Positions 8,835 through 18,745 are shown, numbered from the stretch's first letter. The stretch: DNA of 48,782 bases from Woeseiaceae bacterium (GCA_028277265.1 JANQGP010000213.1:1-48782); one strand, 5' to 3'. Translations and numbers: made by a program. Notes: a model not told the origin generated them from the letters alone.

Positions 8835-9870
8835 GTGGATCGAGGAACTGACCGATCTCAGCGCCGCGGGTGAGCCGGCCGTGCTCGTGACGGTCGCCGG
8901 CATCCGTGGATCCGCACCCCGCGAAATCGGCGCGAAGATGATAGTGACCCGCGGGGAAACGATCGGCACGATCGGCGGCGGTCAGCTCGAATACCAGAGC
9001 ACGCGCGTCGCGGTCGGCTTGCTCGACGACGAGCAGCTTGCATTGCGAAGTTTTCCGCTGGGCTCGTCGATGGGACAGTGTTGCGGCGGCGTCGTCGAAA
9101 TACTGTTCGAGCCGATTGCGGGCGGCATGCCGGCGTGGCTGCGTGACCTCGGTGCGCTGCACGGGCAGCGCGAACCGGCGATCGTCGTCACACGCATCTC
9201 GCGGTCGGCGCCGGCGAAGTTCGTCGTCACCTCGGACGCCGTTTTCGGCGCGGACGAAGTCGATGCGGATGCCGATATGGTAAGACGTGCCCGGGACATC
9301 CTGGCCGGCGACCGTTCCGCGCAGCGCAATGTGCAGGAGTTCTATGAACCGGTCGTCATGCCCGATCTCAATATTGCCGTGTTCGGCGCCGGGCATGTCG
9401 GCTCGGCGGTCGTCGCAGCGCTGTCGCAGCTGGACTGCAACATCCGCTGGATCGACAACCGCCGCAACATCTTTCGCAACGTGCCCGGCAACGTGCGAGC
9501 GGTCGAGTCGGCCGAGCCGCCGCTCGAAGTCGCCGCAATGCCGCCGGACAGCTACTACCTCGTAATGACGCACAGCCATGCCACGGATTTCGACATTGTC
9601 GATCGCATTCTGCGGCGCGGCGATTCGCGGTACTGCGGCCTGATCGGCAGCCGGTCGAAACGGCGGCGCTTCGAGAAGCGCTACCGGCAGCAGGGTATGT
9701 CGCGGGAAACGCTCGACTCGCTGATCTGCCCGATCGGTGTCGATGGCATCAACGGCAAGAAACCGGCCGAAATCGCGGTCGCCGTCGCGGCGGAGATACT
9801 CAGGCTGCACGAGCGGGCGCAGGTTGCAGCAACCGACTACCCCGGCAATGTACACCCGATAGGCCGATAG
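8827..9870 (+). CDS. xdhC: xanthine dehydrogenase accessory/maturation protein XdhC
   Basis: N-terminal GIRGSAPRE...GTIGGGQLEY and Rossmann-like VFGAGHVGSAV. 8-nt overlap with xdhB. Confidence 0.9.
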   Translation: MNEWIEELTDLSAAGEPAVLVTVAGIRGSAPREIGAKMIVTRGETIGTIGGGQLEYQSTRVAVGLLDDEQLALRSFPLGSSMGQCCGGVVEILFEPIAGGMPAWLRDLGALHGQREPAIVVTRISRSAPAKFVVTSDAVFGADEVDADADMVRRARDILAGDRSAQRNVQEFYEPVVMPDLNIAVFGAGHVGSAVVAALSQLDCNIRWIDNRRNIFRNVPGNVRAVESAEPPLEVAAMPPDSYYLVMTHSHATDFDIVDRILRRGDSRYCGLIGSRSKRRRFEKRYRQQGMSRETLDSLICPIGVDGINGKKPAEIAVAVAAEILRLHERAQVAATDYPGNVHPIGR

Positions 9871-9871
9871 C

Positions 9872-11062
9872 ATGGAAGCCTATGTCGCGGACTGGCTCAA
9901 TCTGCTCGTACGCTGGCTGCATGTCATCGCCGGTGTCGCGTGGATCGGTTCGTCCTTTTACTTCATCTGGCTCGACAATCACCTCGAGGCGCCACGGGAA
10001 GCCGCGGACGATGAAAAAGGCGTGGGCGGCGAAGTCTGGTCCGTGCACGGCGGCGGTTTCTACCATGCGCAGAAATACAAGGTAGCGCCGGCTCGCCTGC
10101 CGGATCGCCTGCACTGGTTCAAGTGGGAGGCGTACACGACCTGGCTGTCCGGCATTTTCCTGACTGCACTCATCTATTGGTACGGCGCCGAGGTCTACCT
10201 GATCGACCCGTCGGTTGCAGACCTGTCTGCTCCCGCGGCCGTCGGCCTCGCGGTCGCCTTCATCGTCGGCGGGTGGCTCATCTACGACCTGCTGTGCAGA
10301 TCGCCGCTGGCGTCCGACACGCGTGTGTTTGCCGGTGTGCTGCTCGCATTGACGGCAGCGCTGGCCTGGGGGTTATGCGAACTGTTCGGCGGCCGGGGCG
10401 CCTACCTGCATTTCGGCGCCGTACTCGGCACGATCATGGCTGCGAACGTGTTCTTCGTCATCATTCCCGGCCAGAAGGAGATGGTTGCGGCCGCCGAGCG
10501 CGGCGAGTCGCCGGACCCGGCGCCCGGGATCAGGGCCAAGCAGAGATCGGTACACAACACGTATTTCACACTGCCCGTCCTGTTCGTCATGACGAGCAAT
10601 CACTACGCCATGGCGTACGGCCACGAGTACAACTGGCTGATTCTCGTCGGCATCGCGCTTGCCGGCGCGCTGGTTCGCGTCTATTTCGTGAACAGGCACT
10701 CGGGCAGCGCGTCGCCGTTGCCGGTCTTCGTCGCCGTCGTGATACTCGCGGTCATCGCGGTCGCGATGGCGCCGCGAGGCGGGCAGACGCAGGAAGGCAG
10801 TGTGTCCTTCGATCAGGTTCGCAACGTGATCAATGCGCGTTGCACGAGCTGCCACTCCGGCGCGCCCGTGCACCCGGCTTTCCCCGTTGCGCCGCTCGGC
10901 ATCGTGTTCGATACCGACGAGCAGATCATGCGCGACGCGGACAGGATCTATCAGCAAACGGTCGTCACCCGTGTCATGCCGATCGGCAACCTGACGGCGA
11001 TGACCGACGAGGAGCGTCAGATACTCGACACGTGGTATCGCGCGTTGCGGGGCGTCGAATGA
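9872..11062 (+). CDS. puuD: membrane-bound urate hydroxylase PuuD (cytochrome c-containing)
   Basis: 396 aa and polytopic. Has the conserved N-terminus WLHVIAGVAWIGSSFYFIWLDNHLE and a C-terminal heme c motif CTSCH. Positioned between xdhC and puuE. Confidence 0.85.
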   Translation: MEAYVADWLNLLVRWLHVIAGVAWIGSSFYFIWLDNHLEAPREAADDEKGVGGEVWSVHGGGFYHAQKYKVAPARLPDRLHWFKWEAYTTWLSGIFLTALIYWYGAEVYLIDPSVADLSAPAAVGLAVAFIVGGWLIYDLLCRSPLASDTRVFAGVLLALTAALAWGLCELFGGRGAYLHFGAVLGTIMAANVFFVIIPGQKEMVAAAERGESPDPAPGIRAKQRSVHNTYFTLPVLFVMTSNHYAMAYGHEYNWLILVGIALAGALVRVYFVNRHSGSASPLPVFVAVVILAVIAVAMAPRGGQTQEGSVSFDQVRNVINARCTSCHSGAPVHPAFPVAPLGIVFDTDEQIMRDADRIYQQTVVTRVMPIGNLTAMTDEERQILDTWYRALRGVE

Positions 11063-11964
11063 GCGACTATCCGAGAGACATGCGCGGTTACGGCCGCACA
11101 CCGCCGACGGCGGGATGGCCTCGCAATGCCCGCACGGCCGTTCAGTTCGTCATCAACTTCGAGGAAGGTGGCGAGAGCTGCGTGCTTCATGGCGATTCGG
11201 CATCCGAGGCGTTCCTGTCGGAGATCGTCGGTGCTCGGCCGATCGAGGGGCAGCGGCACATGAACATGGAGTCGATCTACGAGTACGGTTCGCGTGCCGG
11301 ATTCTGGCGGCTTCATCGCCTGTTCACCGAGCGCGGCATGCCGGCCACGGTGTTCGGTGTCGCGATGGCGCTCGAACGCAATCCGGATGCGGTCGCCGCA
11401 ATGCAGGACGCCGGCTGGGAGATCGCGAGTCATGGCTATCGGTGGATCGACTACCAGCACGTCGACGAGGATACGGAGCGTGACCATCTTCAGCGGGCAA
11501 TCGCAATTCACGAGCGGGTAACGGGCGAACGTCCGCTCGGCTGGTACCTCGGACGCTGCAGCCCGAACACGCATCGTCTCGTCGCGGAGGAGGGCGGCTT
11601 CACTTACAACGCGGACACGTATGCCGACGACCTGCCGTACTGGGATACGGCGCACGGTGAGCCGCAGCTCATGATGCCGTACACCCTCGACGCCAACGAC
11701 ATGCGCTTCGCGACGGCACAGGGATTCAATACCGGCAGGCAATTCCTGCGCTACCTCAAGGACACGTTCAGGATCCTGCACGCCGAGGGCGGTCGCATGA
11801 TGTCGGTCGGCCTGCATTGCCGCCTCGCAGGCCGCCCCGGGCGCGCCGCCGCCGTCGCCAGGTTCCTCGACCATGTCGGGAAGTTCGACGACGTCTGGAT
11901 TGCCACACGTCTCGACATCGCGCGCCACTGGCGCGAACATCATCCGCCAGGAACCACCCAATGA
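11059..11964 (+). CDS. puuE: allantoinase PuuE (polysaccharide deacetylase-type)
   Basis: Start at ATG 11059 (MSDYPRDMRGYG) with an ATGA overlap on the puuD stop. Motifs VINFEEGGE and HGYRWIDY. The upstream part of ORF 10123-11964 is an Arg-rich out-of-frame overlap of puuD and was discarded. Confidence 0.88.
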   Translation: MSDYPRDMRGYGRTPPTAGWPRNARTAVQFVINFEEGGESCVLHGDSASEAFLSEIVGARPIEGQRHMNMESIYEYGSRAGFWRLHRLFTERGMPATVFGVAMALERNPDAVAAMQDAGWEIASHGYRWIDYQHVDEDTERDHLQRAIAIHERVTGERPLGWYLGRCSPNTHRLVAEEGGFTYNADTYADDLPYWDTAHGEPQLMMPYTLDANDMRFATAQGFNTGRQFLRYLKDTFRILHAEGGRMMSVGLHCRLAGRPGRAAAVARFLDHVGKFDDVWIATRLDIARHWREHHPPGTTQ

Positions 11965-12452
11965 TGGATACTCACGATTTCATTGCACGCTATGGCGGCA
12001 TTTACGAGCACTCGCCATGGGTTGCGGAGCAGGTCGCGCCGCTGGCGAGCGAATTCGACGACGCCGAGCGTCTCGCCAGGTTGATGGCGGACTGTGTCGA
12101 CAATGCGGGCGCCGAACAGCAGCTCGCACTGATTCGCGCGCATCCGGATCTCGCGGGTAAGGCAGAGGTTGCCGGCGAACTGACGGCCGACTCGAGCGAA
12201 GAACAGACAAGCGCCGGCCTCGACCGCTGCTCCAGGGTCGAATACGAGCGCTTCCAGGCCCTGAACGAAGCGTACAGGGACAAGTTCGGATTTCCGTTCG
12301 TCATGGCGGTCCGCGGCAGCAATCGTGCCGAGATTCTCGACGCGTTCAGTGCGCGGCTGCAAAATGACTACAATCTCGAGTTCGAGACGGCACTCGAGGA
12401 GATTCACAAGATTGCACGCCTGCGCCTCGAGGCGATGGAGAGCATTGCATGA
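11961..12452 (+). CDS. uraD: OHCU (2-oxo-4-hydroxy-4-carboxy-5-ureidoimidazoline) decarboxylase
   Basis: Start at ATG 11961 with an ATGA overlap on puuE. IRAHPDLAGK motif. About 163 aa, the typical size. Confidence 0.88.
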   Translation: MMDTHDFIARYGGIYEHSPWVAEQVAPLASEFDDAERLARLMADCVDNAGAEQQLALIRAHPDLAGKAEVAGELTADSSEEQTSAGLDRCSRVEYERFQALNEAYRDKFGFPFVMAVRGSNRAEILDAFSARLQNDYNLEFETALEEIHKIARLRLEAMESIA

Positions 12453-13417
12453 GCCACGCGGTTCGCAAGTGGGTGCAACTCGAGCATCCGCGGCTGGGTT
12501 CCCGGGTCACGGCCGCGACCGACGAGTTCTTTGGCGCCAAGGAACGGCTGATCGATCCGGCGGAGCCTGTGTTCATCGAGGACAAGTACGACGATCACGG
12601 CAAGTGGATGGACGGCTGGGAAAGCCGCCGCAAACGCGAAACCGGGCACGACTGGTGCGTCGTGCGTCTGGGGGTGCCGGGCATCATCCACGGCCTTGAC
12701 GTCGATACGAGCCATTTCACCGGGAATTATCCGCCCGAAGTGTCGATCGAGGGCTGCGTCAGCGACGTCGACGATCCCGCGGACGGCTGGGTCGAGCTCG
12801 TGCCGAAGACCGCGGTCTCCGGTAATGCGCATCACTATCTCGACGTGCGCAACGACACGGTGTTCACGCATGTCAGGCTGCATATCTATCCCGATGGCGG
12901 CGTCGCGCGGCTGCGGATCTTCGGCGAGGTCCGCGCAGACTTCACGGGTATCGACGGCTATGTCGATCTTGCAGCGGTCGAGCACGGCGGCCGGCCGATC
13001 GCCTGCAGCGATGAGCATTACGGCAGCGTGCACAACCTGACGGCGCCGGGACGCGGCATCTACATGGGTGACGGCTGGGAGACGGCGCGCCGCCGCGGCC
13101 CGGGCAACGACTGGGTCATCATCGCCCTCGGGCGGCACGGCGTCATCGAGCGTGCCGAAATCGACACCGCGCATTTCAAAGGCAACTATCCCGACCGCGT
13201 GTCCCTCGAAGCGGCAATGTTCGCATCGGACGATGACGCGGTCGTCGACTCGCCCGAATGGGAGACGCTCTTGCCCGAGACCCGGCTGAAGATGGACCAG
13301 CAGCACTATTTCGACGACGTACTCAACGATGTCGGCAAGGTCAGCCATGTCCGACTGTCGATCTACCCGGACGGCGGCATAAGCCGCATTCGCCTGTTCG
13401 GGCAGGTCCACGGCTGA
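12449..13417 (+). CDS. alc: allantoicase
   Basis: Two internal allantoicase repeats (DGWESRR...IYPDGGVARLRIFG and DGWETARRR...IYPDGGISRIRLFG). ATGA overlap with uraD. Confidence 0.9.
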   Translation: MSHAVRKWVQLEHPRLGSRVTAATDEFFGAKERLIDPAEPVFIEDKYDDHGKWMDGWESRRKRETGHDWCVVRLGVPGIIHGLDVDTSHFTGNYPPEVSIEGCVSDVDDPADGWVELVPKTAVSGNAHHYLDVRNDTVFTHVRLHIYPDGGVARLRIFGEVRADFTGIDGYVDLAAVEHGGRPIACSDEHYGSVHNLTAPGRGIYMGDGWETARRRGPGNDWVIIALGRHGVIERAEIDTAHFKGNYPDRVSLEAAMFASDDDAVVDSPEWETLLPETRLKMDQQHYFDDVLNDVGKVSHVRLSIYPDGGISRIRLFGQVHG

Positions 13418-13424
13418 ATCGATC

Positions 13425-13913
13425 GTGATTACGCTGCGTCCCGTGCCCCTGACGCGAGAGCGGTTTGCGCCGTACGGCGACGTCATCGAATCGTCCTTTC
13501 AGGTATCCGAGGCGATGAATGAGGCGCGTTTCGAGCGTTTTGACGATCTGTGCACGGTCGATATCGACGGCGACGTTGCGATCAGCGTCGCCCGATGCCG
13601 CACGCCGACCGCTATGCCGTATCGTGTCGACGTGGTGGAACGCCACCCGCTGGGCAGCCAGGCGTTCGTTCCCCTTGCGCGGTGCCGCATGGTCGTGGTC
13701 GTCGCACCGGCCGGTGAAAGCGTGGACCCTGGCGACCTGCGTGCCTTCGTGACCAACGGCAAACAGGGTGTCAACTACCATCGCGGCACCTGGCACATGC
13801 CGCTGATCGCGTTCGATGCGGGCCAGGAGTTCCTGATCGTCGATCGCCGCGGCAGCGAACCCAACTGTGACCAGCACACGCTCGATGAGGCCGTGTTGCT
13901 GGAGGACGCCTGA
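13425..13913 (+). CDS. allA: ureidoglycolate lyase
   Basis: 162 aa with a GTG start. FAPYGDVIE and NYHRGTWH cupin-type motifs. Follows alc. Confidence 0.85.
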   Translation: MITLRPVPLTRERFAPYGDVIESSFQVSEAMNEARFERFDDLCTVDIDGDVAISVARCRTPTAMPYRVDVVERHPLGSQAFVPLARCRMVVVVAPAGESVDPGDLRAFVTNGKQGVNYHRGTWHMPLIAFDAGQEFLIVDRRGSEPNCDQHTLDEAVLLEDA

Positions 13914-15211
13914 TGCGGGCGCTGCGAGCATCCGTGCTGCATTGCGTAGCCGATCCGGGGGAGGCGTCCGATCCGCGGGCGTTCGAGTGCTTCGAGGACG
14001 GCCTGCTCGTCGTCGAGGGTGGCCATGTCGCCGACGTCGGTCCGGCCGATGCGTTGCTGAGCAAGCTGCCCTCGGATGCCGAGATCGTCGACTGCAGCGG
14101 CAAACTGATCGTGCCCGGATTCATCGACTGCCACGTACACTTTCCGCAGCTCGACATCATCGGTTCGTTCGGCGCGCAGCTGCTCGACTGGCTGAATCAA
14201 TACGCATACCCGGTCGAGATGAAGTTTGCCGATCCGGACCATGCGCGGGACGTCGCGCGGGCGTTCGTCGACGAACTCTTACGCAACGGCACGACATCGG
14301 CGCTGGTGTTCGGTACCGTGCACGCGCATTCGGCCGACGCGATCTTCGAAGCGGCGAACGCCAGGGGCATGCGCGTGGTTGCGGGCAAGGTGTTGATGGA
14401 CAGCAATTGCCCCGAGGCACTGCGCGACGATCCCGAGTCGGGTTACGCAGAAAGCAAGGTACTCATCGAGCGCTGGCATGGCAACGGCCGCCTCGGATAT
14501 GCGATTACGCCCCGCTTCGCGTTGACGTCATCGCGGGAACAGCTCGAGTCAGCGGGCCGGCTGGCCTCCGAGTACCCGGACGTCTGGATCCACACCCACC
14601 TTGCGGAGAATCATGACGAAGTCGAGGAGATCGCCCGGCAGTTTCCCGACAGTCGCAGTTACCTCGATGTCTACGACCGCTACGGCCTGCTGCGTGAACG
14701 CGCCGTCTTCGCGCACTGCCTGCACATGGACGATGAAGACCGCTCGAGGATGGCAGGGAAGGGCGGCGCCGCCGCGTTCTGCCCGACGTCCAATCTGTTT
14801 CTCGGCAGCGGCCTGTTCGACCTGCCGGCGATTCGCGCGGCCGGCATACGCTGCGGACTCGGGACCGACGTCGGTGGCGGAACGAGCCTGTCATTGCTCG
14901 CGACGGCGAGCGAAGCGTACAAAGTACTGCACCTGCAGGAGCATGCGCTGCCGGCGAGTCGCGCCTTGTATCTTGCGACGCTGGGCGCCGCCGAGGCGCT
15001 TTACCTCGACGACAAGATCGGCAACTTCGAAACCGGCAAGGAAGCAGATTTCGTCGTACTCGATTTCGAAGGCTCCGAGCTCACGGCACGCCGAACGGCG
15101 GCGGCGGAATCCATCGAGGAGAAGCTGTTCGCACTGATGACGCTGGCCGACGATCGCAACGTGGCAAGCACGTGGATTCTCGGGGAGCGGGCAACGGGGA
15201 CGGCGTCCTGA
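13913..15211 (+). CDS. guaD: guanine deaminase
   Basis: 432 aa amidohydrolase. Motifs PGFIDCHVHFPQ and HTHLAENHDEV. TGATG 1-nt overlap with allA. Confidence 0.9.
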   Translation: MRALRASVLHCVADPGEASDPRAFECFEDGLLVVEGGHVADVGPADALLSKLPSDAEIVDCSGKLIVPGFIDCHVHFPQLDIIGSFGAQLLDWLNQYAYPVEMKFADPDHARDVARAFVDELLRNGTTSALVFGTVHAHSADAIFEAANARGMRVVAGKVLMDSNCPEALRDDPESGYAESKVLIERWHGNGRLGYAITPRFALTSSREQLESAGRLASEYPDVWIHTHLAENHDEVEEIARQFPDSRSYLDVYDRYGLLRERAVFAHCLHMDDEDRSRMAGKGGAAAFCPTSNLFLGSGLFDLPAIRAAGIRCGLGTDVGGGTSLSLLATASEAYKVLHLQEHALPASRALYLATLGAAEALYLDDKIGNFETGKEADFVVLDFEGSELTARRTAAAESIEEKLFALMTLADDRNVASTWILGERATGTAS

Positions 15212-15231
15212 TTCGCCGTTCTTGCGCCAGG

Positions 15232-15247
15232 CGGCAACGGCTTGCCG
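15232..15247. terminator. short GC hairpin between convergent genes (weak bidirectional terminator candidate)
   Basis: CGGCAA-cggc-TTGCCG, a 6-bp stem with a tetraloop, read from the sequence in the 40-bp gap between the guaD stop (15211) and the minus-strand stop (15252). No U-tract. Confidence 0.25.
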
Positions 15248-15251
15248 GGCC

Positions 15252-15779
15252 TTACGCGCGCTGCTCCTTGATGAAGCGATTGATCGACGCCACCAGGTCG
15301 TCGATCTGCCGCCTTTGTTCGGGCTTGAGCATGCCGCGAAACGGACCGGTGAACAGAACGAGCAACACGAGCGGCACGAACAGCAACGGCCCGAGGACGC
15401 CGAACAGAACGAACCCGCCGACCAGTATCAACCCGAGCACCAATCTCGGGAGCGACACGAGCCAGCCGGCCAGCCCTGCCCAATCGAGCGTCTCGACGTC
15501 CTGCGCTGCCGTGGTCGGCGTCGTTCGCGGCACGTGTTGCGCTTCCTGCGTGATGGGCGTGTGCTGCCAGGACAGTTGCGTGGTGTAGGCTTCCTCACCG
15601 AGACGCATCAGGATGGCATGTGCCTCGGCCGCTTCCGTCGTGCCCGGGTATCTGCGCAGGATCTTGTGACACAGCGACATCGCGCGGCGTTTGTTGCGCT
15701 TGTTGCCCGGCGTTTCGCCATAGCTGATGCTATTGAACGCGAAGTACGCCTCGTGCAGCATTTTTTCCGCGGTCGCCAT
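15252..15779 (-). CDS. hypothetical membrane-anchored protein
   Basis: 175 aa. A soluble N-terminal ~85 aa is followed by a Thr/Pro linker and two hydrophobic helices (LVLGLILVGGFVLFGVLGPLLFVPLVLLVLF). No family recognised. Confidence 0.55.
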   Translation of the reverse strand: MATAEKMLHEAYFAFNSISYGETPGNKRNKRRAMSLCHKILRRYPGTTEAAEAHAILMRLGEEAYTTQLSWQHTPITQEAQHVPRTTPTTAAQDVETLDWAGLAGWLVSLPRLVLGLILVGGFVLFGVLGPLLFVPLVLLVLFTGPFRGMLKPEQRRQIDDLVASINRFIKEQRA

Positions 15780-15797
15780 CGGCGCCTGCGATACCCG

Positions 15798-16247
15798 CTA
15801 CGGCCGGTCCCGGTCTTCGACGATGACGCTGGCATCGAGATGCGAGGCAGCCTTCATCGAATTCGTGACCAGGCAGTATTTCTCGGCCTTCTGAAGGAGG
15901 GTCGCGGCCTTTTTCTCGTTCGTGCCGGACGGAACGAGAAGCTCCGCCGTCACTTTGAATTCCGTGAACTGGGTCATGCCGTCGAGCTTGTCGAGCGTGC
16001 CGTCGGCCTTGCACTCGAGCGTCAGCCAGTCGAGTTTCGCGCTGCGGGCAATGGCGCGGAACGTCAGGACGAAACAGTCGGCGACCGCCGCCACGAGCAG
16101 GCCCTCGGGCGACCAGACGTCCCCGGGACCCCCGAACTCGGGCGGTCCGGCGGACTCGATATCGGAGACCCCGGCGCTTGCGAGAATGACGTTGTCGTTG
16201 CCGGCCGTGCTGGCGGTGACCGTGTAGAGGTGGGGTAGATCCTGCAT
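15798..16247 (-). CDS. OsmC/Ohr-family peroxiredoxin-like protein
   Basis: 149 aa. SPEGLLVAAVADCFVLTF and KYCLVTNS contain the two conserved Cys positions of the OsmC family. Confidence 0.8.
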   Translation of the reverse strand: MQDLPHLYTVTASTAGNDNVILASAGVSDIESAGPPEFGGPGDVWSPEGLLVAAVADCFVLTFRAIARSAKLDWLTLECKADGTLDKLDGMTQFTEFKVTAELLVPSGTNEKKAATLLQKAEKYCLVTNSMKAASHLDASVIVEDRDRP

Positions 16248-16346
16248 GTCGTGCCTCGTCGGAGGAGTGATTTGTACGTATGTTCCCGACTAGATGGACG
16301 CGATGCAATGAATTCATAGTCTCGGATTACCGAAACGGAAGCGACC

Positions 16347-16934
16347 ATGCGAGACCAGTCGATCGATCGAATCATGACCCCGGACCCGGTTGTCATCGGG
16401 CACGAGGAGAGCGTTGCCGACGCGCGTAAGTTATTCGCCTTGAAGAAGATTCACCATTTGCCCGTCGTTGACGAGGGCAAGCTGGTCGGCATCCTGTCCT
16501 CGTCCGACCTGCACAAACTCTACCTGCTGCAGGATCATGCGACCGCGACGCTGAACACGGCGGTCGGCCAGATCATGCACAAGCGACCCGTGGTCATCGA
16601 CATCAGCGCCAACCTGCGCGATGCGGCCGAAATCCTCTACGGCAGCGGCTTCCATGCCTTGCCGGTCGTGCAGGGCGACCGTGAGATCGCCGGCATCGTC
16701 ACATCGAGCGATCTGATCGATGCCCTGCTCAAGACCTTGCCGGTCGGCGACGGCAGCATCATCGAGCAGCCGGAGGACGGTATCGGCTCACTGGTCGAGG
16801 AAAACCGGCGGCTGCGGGCCGTTTGCGATGCGGCCGAACACTACATCCGCAGCGGAATGGCCGACAGGGAACACACCGTACTCGTCAAGCGACTCGAGGA
16901 GGCGCGCGGAAACGACGACTCGGTGTCGCTCTAG
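16347..16934 (+). CDS. CBS domain-pair protein
   Basis: Two CBS repeats (IMTPDPVVI...HHLPVV and IMHKRPVVI...HALPVV) plus a ~55-aa C-terminal tail. Confidence 0.8.
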   Translation: MRDQSIDRIMTPDPVVIGHEESVADARKLFALKKIHHLPVVDEGKLVGILSSSDLHKLYLLQDHATATLNTAVGQIMHKRPVVIDISANLRDAAEILYGSGFHALPVVQGDREIAGIVTSSDLIDALLKTLPVGDGSIIEQPEDGIGSLVEENRRLRAVCDAAEHYIRSGMADREHTVLVKRLEEARGNDDSVSL

Positions 16935-16938
16935 CACA

Positions 16939-18084
16939 TCAACCAGCTGACCGGATCAGTATCGCCCGGAAGTCGTTGACGTTGGTGCGCGTCGGTCCCG
17001 TCATCACGAGATCGCCCAGGCGTTCGAAGAACGCATAGCCGTCGTTGTTCGCCTGCATTGCGCCGGCGTCGTCGGCAGTACGCGCCAACGAGTCCGGCAG
17101 CACGAACACGCCCGCATTGTCGCCCGCACCGTCTATGCCGTCGGTATCGCAGGCGATTGCCGAGATTCGGGGGTGTCCATCGAGAGCGAGGGCCAGAGCA
17201 AGTCCGTATTCGCTGTTACGGCCGCCTCGGCCTGTTCCGGTCACGTGCACCGTCGTCTCGCCGCCCGAGAGGATGACGCAGGGCGCTTCGACCGGCCCGG
17301 TGCCCGCGGCGATGTCGAGGGCAAGCTTCGCGTGCTCCTCGGCGACTTCCCGCGCGTCTCCGGCCAGGTCGCCGAGCAGGTATGGGTTGATGTCCTGCTC
17401 GAGTGCACGGAGCGCCGCCGCCTGCAACGCGTCGTCGCTTGTCGCCAGTATGCGGACGTCCGCGTCCCGGGCGCTGGTTGCATCGACGATGGTTGGTCCC
17501 GACGCGACGACCGACGGGTCGTTGCCGGGCACGTCCGAGATGATCAGCGTAATGACGTTGGCCGGGGCGCATGCGGCGGCCAGCTTGCCGCCTTTGACCG
17601 CCGAGAGTTCGCGACGCCTGGCGTTGATCTCCTGGATCGGCGCGCCGCTTTTGAGCAGCGCTTCCGTGGCGGCCTGCTTCTCGGCCAGCGTCACGCCTTC
17701 GGCCGGCGCGCACAACAGCGACGAGCCGCCGCCGGACAACAGGCAGAGCACCGTGTCTTCGACCCCGAGGTCGGAGACCAGCTCGAGAATGCGGCGAGTC
17801 GCGGCAACGCCGCTGTCATCCGGCACCGGGTGGGCAGCCTCGACGACTTCGATGTATTCGCAGTCCGTGCCGTGGCCGTACGGGACGATGACGAGGCCGG
17901 AGAGCGGCGCCGCCCATTGCTGCTCGACAATCGCCGCCATGCTGGCGGCGGCTTTGCCGGCGCCGACGACGAGGACGTCGCCCTTCGGCCGGTCCTCGAG
18001 CCACAGCGGCATGCATGCCGCCGGGCTCGCGGCAGCGACGGCTGCGTCGAACAGGAAACGCAGGAATTCGCGGTCGTCGGTCAT
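16939..18084 (-). CDS. glycerate 2-kinase / hydroxypyruvate reductase (TtuD-type, DUF4147+MOFRL)
   Basis: 381 aa. Motifs VVGAGKAAASMA, GGETTVHVTG, GRGGRNSE, CDTDGIDG and TGPTRTNVNDF. Its ATG overlaps the stop of the upstream PRTase gene (ATGA at 18081-18084). Confidence 0.85.
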   Translation of the reverse strand: MTDDREFLRFLFDAAVAAASPAACMPLWLEDRPKGDVLVVGAGKAAASMAAIVEQQWAAPLSGLVIVPYGHGTDCEYIEVVEAAHPVPDDSGVAATRRILELVSDLGVEDTVLCLLSGGGSSLLCAPAEGVTLAEKQAATEALLKSGAPIQEINARRRELSAVKGGKLAAACAPANVITLIISDVPGNDPSVVASGPTIVDATSARDADVRILATSDDALQAAALRALEQDINPYLLGDLAGDAREVAEEHAKLALDIAAGTGPVEAPCVILSGGETTVHVTGTGRGGRNSEYGLALALALDGHPRISAIACDTDGIDGAGDNAGVFVLPDSLARTADDAGAMQANNDGYAFFERLGDLVMTGPTRTNVNDFRAILIRSAG

Positions 18085-18686
18085 CCTGCGGTCAATTCGT
18101 CCTCGTCGCGGACGTGCGGCTCGAGCCGCTTCAGCAGTCCGGCCATCGCGGGGCGGTTGTCCTGAAGCTCGGCGATCGAGAAGCCCGACAGCTCATAGGG
18201 CAGCACGAGCCAGTCTCGGGTTTCGTGGACATAGTATTCGGGTGTGCGCAGCGTCTTTTCCGTAGGCCGGTACCACACCGTGCCGATGCGAATATCGTGC
18301 GGCAGATTGCGGCGCGTCTTCCGTGTCAGTTGCTCGATGACGGCATTGACGCTCGAACCCGTGCTGTAGACGTCATCGACGATCAGCATCGAATGGTGCG
18401 AGCACAGGTTTTCCAGAAGGTACTGCAGACCGTGAACGCGGATCGAGTCGGCTTTGCTGACCATCTGCGAGTAACTTCGTGCGCCCGTGTACGACGTGCG
18501 TATCGCGATGTGATCGGTCTTGACGCCGAAATAGTCGAGGCCTTCCTGCACGGCGATGCCGACTGCGCTGCCGCCGCGCCACAGGCCGACCAGGAAGTCG
18601 GGCTTGAAGCCCGCCTCGTAAATACTGGCGGCGAGCTGGAACGAGTCCCGGAGCAGGTCGTCGGCCGCGATGAATCGCTCGTTCAT
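18081..18686 (-). CDS. Gpt-like purine phosphoribosyltransferase, paralog 1
   Basis: Start taken at ATG 18686 (MNERFIAADDLL), which aligns with the N-terminus of paralog 2; the ORF-track start is 18743. PRPP loop MLIVDDVYSTGSS. WRGGSAVG and WLVLPYE resemble xanthine-guanine PRTase architecture. Confidence 0.75.
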   Translation of the reverse strand: MNERFIAADDLLRDSFQLAASIYEAGFKPDFLVGLWRGGSAVGIAVQEGLDYFGVKTDHIAIRTSYTGARSYSQMVSKADSIRVHGLQYLLENLCSHHSMLIVDDVYSTGSSVNAVIEQLTRKTRRNLPHDIRIGTVWYRPTEKTLRTPEYYVHETRDWLVLPYELSGFSIAELQDNRPAMAGLLKRLEPHVRDEDELTAG

Positions 18687-18745
18687 GGTTGTTGTACCCG
18701 GGGCGTGCTGAGCTAGAATGTGGGCAGCCATTATAGATAACAAAA

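Noticed and set aside
15222-16238. 338-aa plus-strand ORF spanning the region of the membrane-protein and OsmC genes.
   Set aside because: It is antisense to two minus-strand ORFs, one of which has clear OsmC-family motifs. Its product is Arg-rich and crosses the intergenic gap between them.
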